Shown piece by piece: positions 12,834-28,010 of a DNA stretch of 64,000 nt. The position numbers and the translations under genes were made by a program. How positions within the stretch are numbered: position 1 is the first letter of the stretch; each line of letters opens with the position of its first letter. The notes under the pieces were generated by a model. The model had not been told where the DNA came from. It did not search any database and saw only the letters and a list, made by a program, of their open reading frames with translations. Location: positions 41,602,001-41,666,000 of the forward strand of contig OX597816.1 in the NCBI GenBank assembly GCA_951406725.2, in the 5' to 3' direction. This DNA comes from Octopus vulgaris. Taxonomy: Eukaryota.

Positions 12834-15657
12834 ACCTTCTCTTACAAATATAAATTTTATTGCACTATTGTTCATCATCAAAAATCTAAAATCTTTATTC
12901 TTTATTTCAGAATCAGTGTATCAGTATAATTTCCCCTTATTGCGAATATCGTTTTTCCGCAACATACTTTCTTTCTTCGGTACATCTTCCCACTTCTTTA
13001 CCTCAATGCTTAACTCTCCTTTGCACCTTTGTCTAGACAAGTGACATTCTCAATTGTTCTATTGTGTATATACGTTTCATTTGACCACCTTTCAACGGGC
13101 TGGCTCTTATTCTTCTCCCCTTGCTCTCTGCTTTTGTCATCTTGTGTTGTGGCTTGTGATATATTGGGAGTGGTGCATTAAAGAAGAAACGCTTTTTCCA
13201 TAGTGAGTATTTACGTCAGAATCTGGCCGAGTAGCCTTGATCAGCCAGTTTCTGTTTACTGGTATATCACACATTATGGCTGCATTGCAAATCTCAGATA
13301 TCTTCTCTGACATAAATCTATGACATGCTTTCTATTCTGTTGGTGATTGTGATGATATAACTTACGGTGATTTCTATGAGCGTTATCTTCTTTTCTCTAA
13401 GACCGACTGACCAGGTTAATTGTAAATTGTTTCTTTCCCATAATACTATATTCTGGTTCATCATATATTTTTAATAATCTCTTGTGGGAAGGCTTCTGTA
13501 GCAAGATTCTCAAAAAAATTGTTTGTCTATTTCGCTGTTTAGCTTTTACCGTGTGAATGTATTTATGATTTATGAACAGAAGTGTTCATGAAAAATGATT
13601 CAGTCAAATATGAATAAGTGCCTCTGAGTTTCATTTTCTGGTATTTTTTCTTTCTCTTCTCTTTGATAATTTTCTCTCCTTTCCAAACTCTGTCACAGTT
13701 TTCTCCTCCCTCTTTCCGTTTTCGACTTTTCTCTCTTTCTGAACAGTAAGTTTGAATTTACAATAGCAATATAGTGCTAGATGCTAAAACATTTATACGG
13801 AGCGACTCTAATATTGCTTTCGTTAATATACTTCAACATTGCGAGCTCTTCATCGCTTTTCGGCAGTGGTAAATAATTGCAAGCGTGACGTAAGTTCAGG
13901 CTGCTTTGGGTATCTCATAATCACATATACAACACATGATATGCCAGAAGGTGAAATTATAACAAATTTAAGTAGGCGATAAGTTCTGAAGCAAATTCGA
14001 AATTTGGATGAAAAACTTTATAGCGGCAGAGATCTACAATTCACACATTAGATTTCCAACTCTCTGATTTCCGTAACTTTACTTCTGCTTAGAGCTGACA
14101 AGTGTTAGAATTTGAATCCTTGAGTTGAAAAGAATAGAAATGTTGGTTTCTGATGTATTTTAACTCCAGCTTCTTCCTCAATGTAGAGGTTAACAATCAA
14201 ATCCTTTTGCATAGAGGATAACTTCTTTCATCATATATCGGGAACTAAATTGTGCAGTGAATATTATTCATTTAACTTGGTGATATGTGATCTCGGGGAG
14301 ATACGACCGATATCTTGACCTGGTGGAACGAGAGCCACAGGATCACACAGGAGCTTCAATATTTTGAGATATAGTCTACATTCTTACAATTTACGGCATA
14401 ATTTATTTGCCGAACAGCGTTTATTACTGCATGCCCGTATTACATTTAACTGATCTCTATTATATATCGATCTTTGCCAAAATATATTGACGCTGCTTCC
14501 TTGAAACCTTTATTTGGAGTTGTGTTGTTTATTGAAACTGGAATCACGACAATATGTTACTACCTGTTTTAAGTGCTACATGTCAAACATATGAGTTATT
14601 CCCTGGTGATTAAGATGCACTTCGCCTGATTACATTATTTATGCATGACACTGCTCTTTTATGTATATCTCTGCTAGAGTTAACCTAACATTTTTCAATA
14701 CTTTAGGAACAGATGAAATATCAACAAGGTTCCAGATTGACTATAGGTTACTTTTAAATGTAGAATCTTTCGTACTCTTTAAAATGTTCCGCATAGAATT
14801 ATTCTATGTAAAATTCAATAGCTTTCTTCTTATTATTATCTTACGATTATATCACGTTGTTCACTTTTCAGATAATGTTATTCATACGTACACATATAAA
14901 CCACTCAAATTAACCACTGAAGCAAATATATAATATAGAATATAATTTAAATTTTGAAAACCATTATGTATATTATGCACTTAATTATTCTAAGATTTCC
15001 CCAACATTTTACAGATATTTTGTGTTCTTAGGTATTAGTTTCAAGCACATTATGGTATATATATTAAAAATTCAAACATAAATGAACATATAGATAAAAA
15101 GGAATGACGTTTTGATTTTCATATTATTCTTCAATATTCATATAATTAACATTCACATACTTCCCAAATACTTATATCTTCCTAAGAATATGTTAACATA
15201 AAACTTTTTAGCATAAAGCTACACATTAGACATCGAAAACACTGGTGTATCATTCATGAGGTAATTTGTATTCATTATTTTACTAAGATGAAAGCATTCA
15301 TCCATATTCACAATTACCATAAAGCAAAAACTATAAACATTACGTAGCAACGTAGTATGTGAATATGTTCAAATTAATAAGTAATATTCCCCGGCCTACG
15401 TTTCTCCTTAATCAAAAATTATTCCACTTCTCCTTCACTTAATTATGATATTCTGTTTGCACAGATGCACAGAAACCCACAAAATACATATTTGTTATAT
15501 GCATATATATATAAATACACAAGAGTGTGTGTGTCTGTTTCTTTATGTATACATAAATGTGTACATGCATACATGAATATATACACATATATATGTGTGA
15601 GTATATATGCGTATATATATATATATATGTGTGTATGTATGTATGTATGTATGTATG

Positions 15658-15705
<48 letters not shown>

Positions 15706-15789
15706 TATATGTATATATCTTTATCTATCTATCTATGTATCTATGTATCTATCTATATCTATATCTATATATACATATATATATATATA

Positions 15790-15992
15790 TATGCGTGTGT
15801 GTGTTTGTACCCCCTGTTATCGCTTAACAAAAGATTTTCATGTGTAACATAGCTGTTCGGCAAAGGTGACCGATGGAATAAGTAACATCCTTAGAAAGAA
15901 TAAACCTGGGATTGATTTGTCCGACTAAAAGTGGTGCCCCAGCATAGCCGCATTGAAATGACTGAATCGAGTAAGAGAATAAAAGAATAAAA
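15790..15992 (+). mobile_element. SINE family A, 3' half
   Basis: gttcggcaaaggtgaccgatggaataagta..gtccgactaaaagtggtgccccagcat matches the family A 3' half. Confidence 0.7.
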
Positions 15993-16040
15993 CTACATAT
16001 AAGTATGCATACATACATACACAAACACATACACATATAT

Positions 16041-16086
<46 letters not shown>

Positions 16087-17064
16087 GTAAAATATCAAAA
16101 ATCAACGAAAATGCATATTGCAAATAGAAAAAGGCTATTTATGACAGGTAGTGACAAATAGATACATTTAGATTGACTGAGGTAGTAATTCGAGTCATAA
16201 ACGTCATTATTATGAGATGATTATGAGATGATAATAAAGTAAGAGAACAAAACGAACCAGTGGTTTACGCGAAGACTATTCCTACATATATATTTGACTG
16301 TGATTCCAGATTTCGGCTTGTTCGCCTGTTTCAAATTCTGCAATATTGTAATGAGCTGCTTTGTGGTCCTCTATACAATTTTGGGTTCGGTCGTGTTATG
16401 TTAAATAAATTATTAAGTTTGTTGTACCTAGGTTGGAAAGGTTGATATATAGGATGGTGGATAATGTAGTATGTAAGGAACATTTTTGCCTAAACTTGGT
16501 GCATTTATCGAAAGATGGTTTAAGAAACATTCTTATGACATGGCATGTCAATTACGTTATAGTGTATCACTTAATCATACAACCGCTTAAACAGGTTGGT
16601 CAAAATCAGTTGTGTTTAATAGTTGTCACGATATTGATATTAGTGGAATTTTTTTTGTTTCTCACTGATCAGAAAGGAATGTTTTTATATGAAGAATTAG
16701 TTGGTCGTCTAGCATGTGTCAACTGAAGCTTAAATAATTTTCTTGCTATTACATTTCTTTTGAGACAGTTAAGTTTGAAAGACTGTTTATAAATATTTAT
16801 TGGGGCCTTTTAATCTTGGTCTCTCTCATGAGCATTTGTAGTCATATTATTATATCATAGCATAAAACTACATTTCTTGACAAATTCCCAAGCACGTTGA
16901 ATTTGTTTGCGCTGAAACCGCATGGCCTGGTCTCCAGTAACACTGCGTGCGACCTTCTTATATTGGAACCAAAAGGCAGCCACCAAAATCGATTTGGAAT
17001 TGTCAGAACTAGCAGAGATAAAAACCGGTATAAAATAGTGTCTGTTATCACTACTTAATATCTA

Positions 17065-17840
17065 TAATGCATATATGTTCAGGGAAGGCAAATGAAATCA
17101 AAGGATGCAACATAAATGATATGGACATAAGCAATATAAAATACGCTGATGATACAGCATAATTTGCAAAGAAGATGTAATTAAATGTGTGTGTATATAT
17201 ATGTAATTAAATTTTTTATAGTTTGCGCTTCAAAGCTGCGGTCATGCTGGGGCACCATGTACAAGACCAAGTGACATTAAAGGTCTAAATATGAATGTAA
17301 CTAAAGAAACTGTTTATTAGCAGGTGAGAACAAGATGACGCAAATATAAGATATAGACGAAGAGAAACTTGAGGAAGTAAAAATGTTCAAGTAATTAGGG
17401 TAATTATAAACCAGGTAGGTCACTGTGTAGACGCTACTTAAAGGAGTAACCTGGCTATTTATAAGAAAGAAAAAGGATTTTCATCTGGAAAGACATCACA
17501 TTATAACTAACGTTCAGATAAACAATCTTGTATATAATGTCAATTGTAATCTGCGAGGAGGAACGTGGACAAGATACACAGCAATAGAAAACATTATAGG
17601 TGCCTTTGAAGTGTGGAGCAGTCGCAGATCGGACAGAATATAAAGAACACAGAGTAACGGAGGCTGCATTATTGAAGATTTGAAAGTTCCCAAACACCTA
17701 TTTTTGAGAATTAGCCACAGAAAACAATCATGTTTTGGACATATTCAATATAATGCGTCATGAATCAATGACGAGGACGATCTTCACGTGAAGTGTGGTG
17801 GAAATGTTAGCTAAAAGGTATCACATGGATAGAGACTAAA
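17065..17840 (+). mobile_element. RTE-clade LINE reverse transcriptase fragment (pseudogene)
   Basis: Peptides ISNIKYADDTA (YADD at 17142-17153), KGLNMNVTK, EKLEEVKMFK*LG, GAFEVWSSRRSDRI (AFEMW..RR..RI motif of RTE) and CFGHI; many stops; short SINE tail inserted near 17215-17260. Confidence 0.8.
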
Positions 17841-18186
17841 GACAGAAAATAAAAATGAGTTAAAATCACGATCTCATTGTACGCTTTTCGCACAGCAACG
17901 TAAAAACGAGGGTTTCTTGGCAAGCCGATGTCGCTGCAGCGTGGGGTCGTAGTTGCGTACTACACACACACTTGCGCGTGCACACCTACACCTACTCACA
18001 CACACAACGAAGGATTTTCGTTAACTCTTCGAAAAGATAAGTTATATTTTTATTGTAAGAAATGTTGTTAAATGCTTTTCGATTATTTATAGATAATACA
18101 CGTATTTTTATATATTTATTTGATAATTTGTATAAGTTAAGATTAGTACATTTATTCTATTATTATTTATTATTATTTATTATCTT

Positions 18187-18258
18187 AAACCTGATGAGTG
18201 ATTATATTTTTGAATAGAATGAATTTTAGTTCGATTTAATTTTGAATCGAATTGATTA

Positions 18259-18321
<63 letters not shown>

Positions 18322-18357
18322 CTATTTGAAAATATTACCGTGAAATGTGCGTAGTAT
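18187..18357 (+). ncRNA. Possible decayed hammerhead with (TTA)n expansion in stem II
   Basis: AAAC-CTGATGA(18191-18197)..GAAA(18342-18345)-TGTGCG-TA-GTAT; lies in an AT-rich insert ending at (TA)n near 18568. Confidence 0.3.
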
Positions 18358-18565
18358 TTTTACTACTATTTACTATTTATTGTACTATATTGATTGAAAA
18401 TATTTTTTTTATATAATATATGATTTCTATATGGTGTGAATAACATCTTTCTTTATTGAATTGCTTAATAGTGGTTTTTCTCTAAATTATATATTATATA
18501 TTTTGAAACTATATTTTAAATTGTTAAATTGAAATTTTTCCTGTAAGTTTTAGAATTATATTTCC

Positions 18566-18628
<63 letters not shown>

Positions 18629-19331
18629 TATATGTGTGTGTATGTGTGTGTATGTATGTGTGTGTGTGTGTATGTATGTATGTAGTTTGACTCAATTCCG
18701 CTTTCTACGAATGTTTGATGAGGTGGACATGATTACTGCCACGACATTTTTCTAACTAATGTTCAACTTAGTATAAACGGCACGAAACCTAAGTTCTATC
18801 GAACTTCTTGAACGCTGCTTCCATTCGTCCACTAGCGCGTACACGGAATTTTCCACACCTATATGTTGACTCAGAAACACACACATACATATAAGCAGAC
18901 ACCAACATATACAGACACAAACATACACACACAGATAGACACACACACACACACACATTTACATGCGTTGATATATAAAGGATTGTGTGTTATCGAATGT
19001 GCTTGATTGAGTGTGCTCTCTTATCAAATAATACCAAGTCATTGAGGCACAGATTTCGTCTTATCGTTGTTGTAATAGATCTCAGTCTCGCCTTGAAGAT
19101 TCTTATTTGCTTACGAGTAACATTAAAAGACATGTATTAGTTTATTCATTTAATATTTATTGATACACGCGTTTGAAATGAATTAAATATAATTTCAAAT
19201 AAACTTTTAATTTCTTATCATACGTATTTGTCTTTATTATCTATTATTGGTTTTACACTTCATTAAATTGAGACACTCTTTAAATATTACTTTATTTGAA
19301 TTTCAGCCTGGGCATGGGTGTTCATACACTA

Positions 19332-19385
<54 letters not shown>

Positions 19386-19723
19386 GTATATATAAATGTA
19401 TATATATATATATGTATGTACATATATATACATATAAAGACAACACCATATATATATGTATATATATATATATATATAAACATACATAAATACACATATA
19501 CATATATATATATATATACATATTATATATATATATATTATATATATATATATATGTGTGCGATGTCTATTGTGCATACGTGAAGATGTGTGGACTATAT
19601 TATTGCGCACTTTCACCAATATATATTCATATACCTACATACATGCATATGCATTCATTGTGTATTCCTGCATACGTACATACATAATTACATACATGCA
19701 TACACATTCGGATATATACACAG

Positions 19724-19792
<69 letters not shown>

Positions 19793-20528
19793 CATATTTT
19801 TATAAAACCTTGCTTTATATACATACGCATATTTCCTTCTACCTCTCACTTTCCCCATATCTATCTATGATTACACTTATATATGTGTGCGTGTTGTGTG
19901 TGTTTGTGTGTGTGCTTTTGTGTACGAGTGTGTGTATACACAGTGAGAGAGATGACGTGGGAGGGGAAGACTGACTTATATATACGGGAATGTATGTGTG
20001 TGTGCGATGGTGGTGCTGGCATTGGTGGTGGTGGTGTGCGCGTATGTGCTTGCGCGTGCGCATGTTTGTGTGTATGTGTGTGTGTGCGTATGTTTGTGAT
20101 GACATTCGCTACATATTCCATTCATATTAACTGTGTATTCATTACAAGAGATTTGAAAGAAATGACTAATATAGTACCATTCATATTTTCTGCATTCTGT
20201 ATGAAAAAAAAATCTCTATTTATTCAGCCATGGAACATATTTTAATGAATTTCTTTCAAATTGTCGATGTGTTCTTTTTTACAATTTAATGGCTTCTTTT
20301 GAAGAGAAATTTTTGCCGGGAAAGAACTTAAAATTATATATGAAACCGCATAATAGGCAATAAAATTATATCGAGAAGCAACTTAAAAATTAATTTACCG
20401 TACCGGATGGTATACAATTATATATATACAAAAGGCACTAGTAAACTCACATACATATGTCTACATGGTTATCAGTAAGTTTATGTGCATGACTGTAATT
20501 ATGCATGTATATGTATGCTATTTTATGC

Positions 20529-20559
<31 letters not shown>

Positions 20560-20577
20560 TGTATGTATGTATGTATG

Positions 20578-20681
<104 letters not shown>

Positions 20682-20704
20682 CATATACTTACATACATAG
20701 ATGT

Positions 20705-21030
20705 AGGCACAAACCTGGGTATGGAGTAAGGGTATGGGGTAAGAAGCTTACTACCCCACCATATGGTTTCAGTTTCAGTCCCAATCCATGACATCTTGGG
20801 CAAGTGTCTGGCACTATAATCTCGGGTCGCTAAAGCCTTGTGTGTGGATTTGGTTGACAGTAATCGAAAGAACCCATTCGCATAACTATATGTGTGCGTG
20901 TGTTTGTGTGTGTGTGTTTGTGTCTATCTTTACGTCCCAGTAACTTTGTCATTCAGCAATAGGGCCAGATGGAATAAGTACCGGACTTAAAGTGGTGAAA
21001 TCATTTGACTAAAATTCATCAAGGTGCTGA
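20705..21030 (+). mobile_element. SINE family A, degenerate copy
   Basis: ttcagtccca..cttgggcaagtgtct..taaagccttgtgtgtggatttggt..gaataagtacc. Confidence 0.7.
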
Positions 21031-21216
21031 AACAATTAAAAGATACAAGATATACGTATGTATATGTGTTTGTGCGCTTGTGTGTGTGTGTGTTTGTACC
21101 TGTGTGTGTGAGAGAGAGTATGTGTGTGTATATGATTGCGTTTTTTTTTGTATTACATTATTGTAAACAGTTTTAGATATTTCTGTTTCTGTATGGTTCA
21201 GGATAAAAGCTTCTCC

Positions 21217-22467
21217 TATCGTCGGTTGAAAATTCATAGACAGACCAAAGTTCACTCTTGGAATATGATCAAATGAGGATTATTTTTCAACATAATATTA
21301 CTTGTTGTCCCAAACAATTCTTCCATTTGTGAATCCCGTTGGTGAAGTAGCTGTAATCCTGTGGGTCAAAATTTCATCAACAGCACATATGACAGCATTA
21401 TCACTGTGTCTCTGATTAGCATCCAAGTAGTTATTCATGTTGGGAAACAGATTATAGACGGGGCCAAATGAGGAGAACAATATGGGTGATCAACCACTTC
21501 AAAGCCACAGTCGCGCATAGGATCCATTGAAACAAAGATGTTGTGCGCTAGAGTATTGTCCTGATTAAACAAAGGACTTCTCATCTATTTCTCAGGGCGT
21601 TTGGTCTTGATAACCTTTCGTAACTGCCTTAGCATGTTGGCATAGTACTCTCCATAGATGGTGTAGCCCTTTTGGTTGTAGTCAATATACATAAAGTCAA
21701 TAGATAAAAAACTGAGGCCATCAACTTCCCTAAAGATGAAACAGCATTACCCTTATTTGGAGCAGGCATGGATAGGTGTTTCCACTTCATGGATTGTGTT
21801 TTCCTCAAAGCAATGAACACTACACATGCTCGCTTAGGAGACGTTCAAAGTAAGTAACCAGATTGCTTCATTCAAAGTTATATTTTCCCGTTATGTTATC
21901 AGCTTATGCACTTTTCATCAGGTGTCAGAAGACATGATACTCACGGAGCATAACTTTTTTCGAGCCACATTTATTGTGCAGAATATTCTCTTTCTATTCA
22001 TGGATATATTACTAGCATTGGTTATTTGATATATTGTCGTTCGCCTGATATGCATCAACATGTGGTGAACACTATCAATGTTTTCCCCGGTGGTGTGTGT
22101 TGCCGGACATTCAGATCTTCGATGTCCTCTTTAAGATTTCCTTCCTTTCCTAAATTTATCTCTCCCCTTTTCCGCTGTTGCTAAACCTGGAGCATCAGTC
22201 TCCAATGAAGTGACCTTCACAACATGAATGTCCTTGTTGGTTAAAACCTTTCCTGCAGGTGATTTATAACAACACGATGTCAAATTGTGTACATTTACAA
22301 GAGAAGTTGATGCTAGATTCTGAACAATCAGTTGACTGTAGTCAGTTTAGCTAGAAAAAGCAAATTAGATATTAATAAGTAGGGTTGAGATTAATGCATA
22401 CAAGATTTCACAGCTCTAGTATCACTCCGTTATAGTAAGCCTATGAACTTTTCACCCCGCCCACGTA
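21217..22467 (-). mobile_element. Full-length but decayed mariner transposon (~1.25 kb)
   Basis: Degenerate TIRs (ttgaaaattcatagacagac / gtaagcctatgaacttttcaccccgcccacgta). Minus-strand peptides: HTH-like N terminus, TQSMKWKH..AVSSLGKLMASVF, LFNQDNTLAHN, and a YSPDLAP-like MFSSFGPVYNLFPNMNNYL. Confidence 0.85.
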
Positions 22468-25247
22468 TTCTAGAAACTGATTTTGGTTTTAGTTAGCTTT
22501 TTTAATATGCCAGAGTATCGATGAAACTTCACCAATTAAATTTCACTGGAGTACAGTCTAACATTCTACGTTTGGTATGGATGATATTTCCCTGCTATGG
22601 ACAATATCTGTTTGACGAAGAAGTAAAATACATTTATCTCTGAAACATAAACGTGAATCCCTAGAAATCCTGAAAAGATTCTCAGTTATCACGAGCAGTA
22701 AAATTTAAATTAAAAAGGAATAATTCAATTTCTTTACCACTTTATATTGAGGCGGTAAAGAAATATAGTTATTAATTAACGGAGTAAATGTTCATACTTT
22801 TATCAAAGTCTGGTCTGTAAATGTTTAATTGATATGAATGCGTTCGCAAATCCTACATCTCAGTCTAATTATTTATATGCAACCTGATACATTCAGTAAT
22901 TGTGTTGAAAACTTCACGGTTGAAAGAATCCTTTACTGATGGTAATTTTAGTATAATTGCGTATTCGATAAAGTCTTCTAATTGACAAACATAGTGAAAG
23001 TAATTTATCTACCTTATGCTTATTTCCAGCTACAATACATCTAACATATTTTCCCGTCTTCTATATTGATATAAATTTATCTCTATCTGAGCACCAGCAT
23101 CGAAATATTATCTTTTAAATATCAAGGAATAGTTTATTTTTCTCATGTATGATTGACAGAAGTTAGTCTATCCTCATTTTCAAGAATATTTAGAGGTGCT
23201 GTCTTAAACGTCTTTATCGTTTTTTATTTTTAACATTTGAATTGGATTAAGATTTTCTTATTATTTTAGTCAGCTTCGTCCACCACAAGGAAGTTCTTGT
23301 ATATTGTTCATTAATATGCCAGTGAATTTCCGGAGAATGGACAGCTATATGAAGACTGTAAAGAACAAGAAATATAAATGGCATATCTATTATATTAGCA
23401 TTGTGAAACGTTTACAATTTGAGAATCTAAAGTATTTCTACTGAAACATGATATTTACTATGCGGCACGCTACAGTGCCATGTCTACATATATTCAAGAC
23501 ATTGAGGGACTGAATTACAACCAGTAGATATCATCTCAGTTCCTTCTATAAATTCAATCTGCAATAATAACATTTACCATTTCATCGCAAAACTACGATT
23601 TGGAAATAACGATGTATATTAGAATAACGGTGCAACAGATTAAGAAATATATAGATGATAATATATGGAATAAACAGATATGTATATATTCATAAAAAGA
23701 TGCACGCCCTCATGCATTTGTATAAACACACACGCATTCATATAAACATACAAATGTAATAAATACATAGATACATGTATGTATGTATGTATATATATAT
23801 ATATACATATATACAAATACATGCACATATATATGTGTATATACATGCATATAATGTACTACTGCTTTATTAGCAGGTTCAACAAAGAGCATTCCATCCG
23901 GCGAGAAATAAATGTTAATAAACATATATCATAAATACAAGAATATCGAGGTTCAGGAAGCTTTGAACGACGAAGCCGCTGTCCGTAACGCATTCAGTCT
24001 AATATCGCAGAAACGTCTGTGCACGCACGCACATAGGTCAAAATCATAGGATTAAAATCACTAAATGAAATAAATTTTGCAAATACCAAACGGACGAGTA
24101 TTTTTCGGATTGCTAGATAGTTAAAGTTACATTTACCGATTTTGTATGTGATGATGAATTTATAAAGAATGAATTATTGTAATATATTTAGGTATATGAA
24201 GAAACATTTATTTAATCGAGTTATTAATACTTTGTGAATAAAATTAAAAATAAAGTATCCTTTGCGTTAATTCCAAACTTTAGCAGTTTCCACTTTAAGA
24301 TATAGTTCTAGATAAGTTATTCATTATGAGTACATTTTATGTCTTTTATATCGTTGATATAACGCGGTAATGAAGTTTTCTTAGATTTACTCTGGTGAAC
24401 GAAAAGTCGGTGTGTGAATTTAAAACCGATGAAATTAATACCGGTTTAAGCTCTAAGCAAGATATATTTAGAGGGAGAGAAGTTATGGTCAGTGAGAGAA
24501 AGAGAGAGATAGAGGGAGGGAGAAAGGAAGGGATAGGAACAAGGGGAGAGAGAGGGGGAGAGATATTGAACTAGCTAGATAGATGGATACATAGATAGAT
24601 AGATACACATACTGGTATACTGCACGTGAAGCAACATTACTGGTTTAATATAAATATCTAGTCAAAACGTGAACAATTGTTTGTACAGCAGATTGCTAAT
24701 GCTTTTGTGGAGTCACGTTTCTTTTTATGTTTTCCTCATACTCATCTGTCTCTCTAAGCAGCATGTCCATCATAGCCGTTATAGAGTTCTAAAACATAAA
24801 CTCCATATAAGTTACGTCTCTCCCGCTAGGGTATGAATTGTGTCTGTAAGGAATAATGTTATTGACCTCACATAATAGAACAATATAAGTGCATATCAAG
24901 GACATGAAACAATGTATATTAATCGAATGCACCTCGCACTGATGTGTGAGTTATACACTGGAGAAATCACATCTTTGTATTATGCATAACGTATATGAAA
25001 ATGACTAAGTTACTATAAGAAGACGATATATTTGAGCGGGAGTAAAGTGTGGCATAGTGGGGTTTATATGCTTGTGATGTACATATGATATCGAACTGGT
25101 ACAGTATGAATTGCTGTGGGTAAGAGTATTAGAAAAGGATACGTAGATATTGCTCCAGGTTTGTATGCGCGCGCATACGTGTTACGCTTTTCTTAAGGCG
25201 TGTCAATGCTGTACACACAGCTGTCAGCTACTAAACTCAATACGTAC

Positions 25248-26432
25248 GTACGTTTGTAAGAACAAGAACCGGTAAATAAAACATTTTCTGGTATCGCGTA
25301 TATGTGGGACAAGCCAGATGTAGTTCCGGCTTACGCCTCAATAAACCACTTAATGCGACCCTCAGGAATAAATCTACCGACCGGCATCGCCGCCTGCGGT
25401 TATACAGTCACGTGGCGCGTCATTGTTTTGCAATGATTCTCCTATGTTTGTTGATTTTTACGATGGCTGAGACAAAGGAACAGCCTGCTTCTATAAAAAT
25501 CTGTCAGAGAAAACGGCGGCCAAATCAGATGCCATGCCTCAAACAGCTAAAAAGTGCTCTGTCATTAGTAAATCTGACATTTGTCACTTGAAGACTAACC
25601 TCGTTAATGTCGACCATCGACCTCGTGAACGAGTGAAAACATAATGAAAATTCATGAATTGACCGTGGAGGACCGTCGTCGAGCAACTGACGAACTTGTT
25701 GATAATTACTGGTATTTCCTAAAATAGCGTGACCCAGCTTCCGTAACCTCCCTCTTCCGTGACCTTGCTCCCTGCGACTTTTTCCTTCCCTTAAATTCCT
25801 TAAAAAAAAAAGAAAAACGTTTCGCAGATGTGAAATAGGTAAAGATGAAAACGGCGGAAACGTTAAAAGACATCACTTCGCAGGAATTCAAGAACTGCTT
25901 CGAACAGTGAAAACGCGTCTGGACTGAAGCATTGTTTCAAACAGAGAATACTTTTAAGGCGATAAAAGTGTAAACGTGTAAATTACTCTTTTACTCTTTT
26001 ACTTGTTTCAGTCATTTGACTAAGGCCATGCTGGAGCACCGCCTTTAGTCGAGCAAATCGACCCCAGGACTTATTCTTTGGGTGCCTAGTACTTATTCTA
26101 TTGGTCACTTTTGCCGAACCGCTAAGTTACGGGCAGGTAAACACACCAGCATCGGTTGTCAAGCGATGTTGGGGGAACAAACACAGACACACAAACATAT
26201 ACACACATACATATATATTTATATACATATATACGACGGACTTCTTTCAGTTTCCGTCTACCAAATCCACTCACAAGGCTTTGGTCGGTCCGAGACTCTG
26301 GTAGAAAACACTTACCCAAGGTGCCACGCAGTGGGACTAAACACGAAACCATGTGGTTCGTAAGCAAGCTACATACCACACAGAATCAAATACAATTGCA
26401 AAATTCCAGTTTCTTTTGGGTACCCCATCCTA
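25248..26432 (+). mobile_element. Internally deleted mariner element interrupted by a SINE
   Basis: MAETKEQPASIK N terminus; DLAPCDFFL and KRFADVK..EFKNCFEQ*K..EYF*GD C terminus; right TIR-like ttccagtttcttttgggtacccc resumes after the SINE. Confidence 0.8.
25985..26383 (-). mobile_element. SINE family A, near full length, nested in mariner
   Basis: High similarity to 7803-8270. Confidence 0.9.
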
Positions 26433-26600
26433 TGTGTGGCCAAGACCAGCTCAAACCTTGTTTCCCACCCAGGTGAAACTTACATTAAAAAGAGAGACAT
26501 GCTTTTGACCTTGAGGTATCTGCCAACGATACTGAAGGGTTTTCTGCATTGATATGGATTTAGAAGAGCTTGCAAAACTACTGAATAGCTATAGCTGTTT

Positions 26601-26694
26601 CGCGTAGCAGGGCGCCTCGGCGTGTATGGAAGCCGCGCGTGCGAGCCCCGGTAAAGCCGACCGCGGGTGCAGATCTCGGTGGTAGTAGCAAATT
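26601..26694 (+). pseudogene. 28S (LSU) rRNA-derived fragment
   Basis: GC-rich island ending ccgcgggtgcagatctcggtggtagtagcaaat, matching the conserved eukaryotic 28S segment GGTGCAGATCTTGGTGGTAGTAGCAAAT, with upstream gtag.agggc..gaagcc..gagccc.ggt..agccg also matching. Confidence 0.85.
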
Positions 26695-27416
26695 TCTGCG
26701 TGGGACGAAATATCTCCGACGTTTATTTCACGCAAGCTCACACGCACGCACACACACGCACACACACGCAAATACATATACAAGCATATAGCTATGCACA
26801 CACAGACGCACACGCACAAATATATTCATATATATAGAGAGAGATAGATATACGTACACGTACATGTATATACACATATCAACATTGTGTGTGCGTGTGT
26901 CTGAGTTTGTATTATCGTTGTGATTGCGTGTTGGTACATTCTTTTGAATTCTTGTTATTCGTTTGCATGTGTTTGCGGTGAACAAAGATCCCCACAACCA
27001 TTCAATCTTACCGTCTAAGCTGCATTTCAAGGATATTTCCACAGATTTCTGTTTTCTTTAAGAACAACGCTTAATCGCTTTTAGATAAGATGTATTAATT
27101 TTCCCGGTGAATTTATATTCATTCAATGGGTTATCTTCAAGCTTGAGTTACTCTTCATACGATTATGCAAAAGTTATGAACCATCTTATGCGATATCATC
27201 CATTTTACATTACTATAACTGTATCCGGTTTATTTCTCTGTTTCCATTTAGGTACTTCAGACGTTTCATAGTATTTAGACTACGTATAATGTATTTCTTT
27301 TTCGCTTTATTTACCATACAAAAGTATTCATTCTGTATTTCCCCTATTCAAAGCTCATTTATAACACAAACACACACAAACATGCGCAACAATACATCCC
27401 GTACACATATACACAC

Positions 27417-27453
<37 letters not shown>

Positions 27454-27643
27454 CATTCATAAATGAATTATGAATTATGAGAGTACTTGAAGTAAAATTT
27501 TAGTATGGTAAATGAACCGAAAGAAGAGTGAAAACTTAAGGTAAATACCCGCACATGCGTGTTGTGTCTTACCTATATATACATGTGTGTATGAGTATTT
27601 ATATCAGTATCCTTCCAAACACGCACCCCCCACACACACATAC

Positions 27644-27690
<47 letters not shown>

Positions 27691-27937
27691 AACACACATG
27701 TGCACGAACATCCATACATATACACACATACACTCACATACATATACATATAATTCTATATATATATATTTATATACATTGAATATATGTGTGTGTGCAT
27801 GTGGAAATATTTAGTCCCTGTTTTCATATGTGTCTTGAATTATTTACTATTCAAAAATGATTATATAATAGAGAGACACACAGCCCCACAAATACGTGCA
27901 CACGCCCACACACACGTAGACACACACAGACACACAC

Positions 27938-28010
<73 letters not shown>

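Noticed and set aside
12986-13560. Possible LINE endonuclease remnant; ~55 bp shared with 4948-5001
   Set aside because: The shared stretch is real, but translations are too decayed to assign a family.
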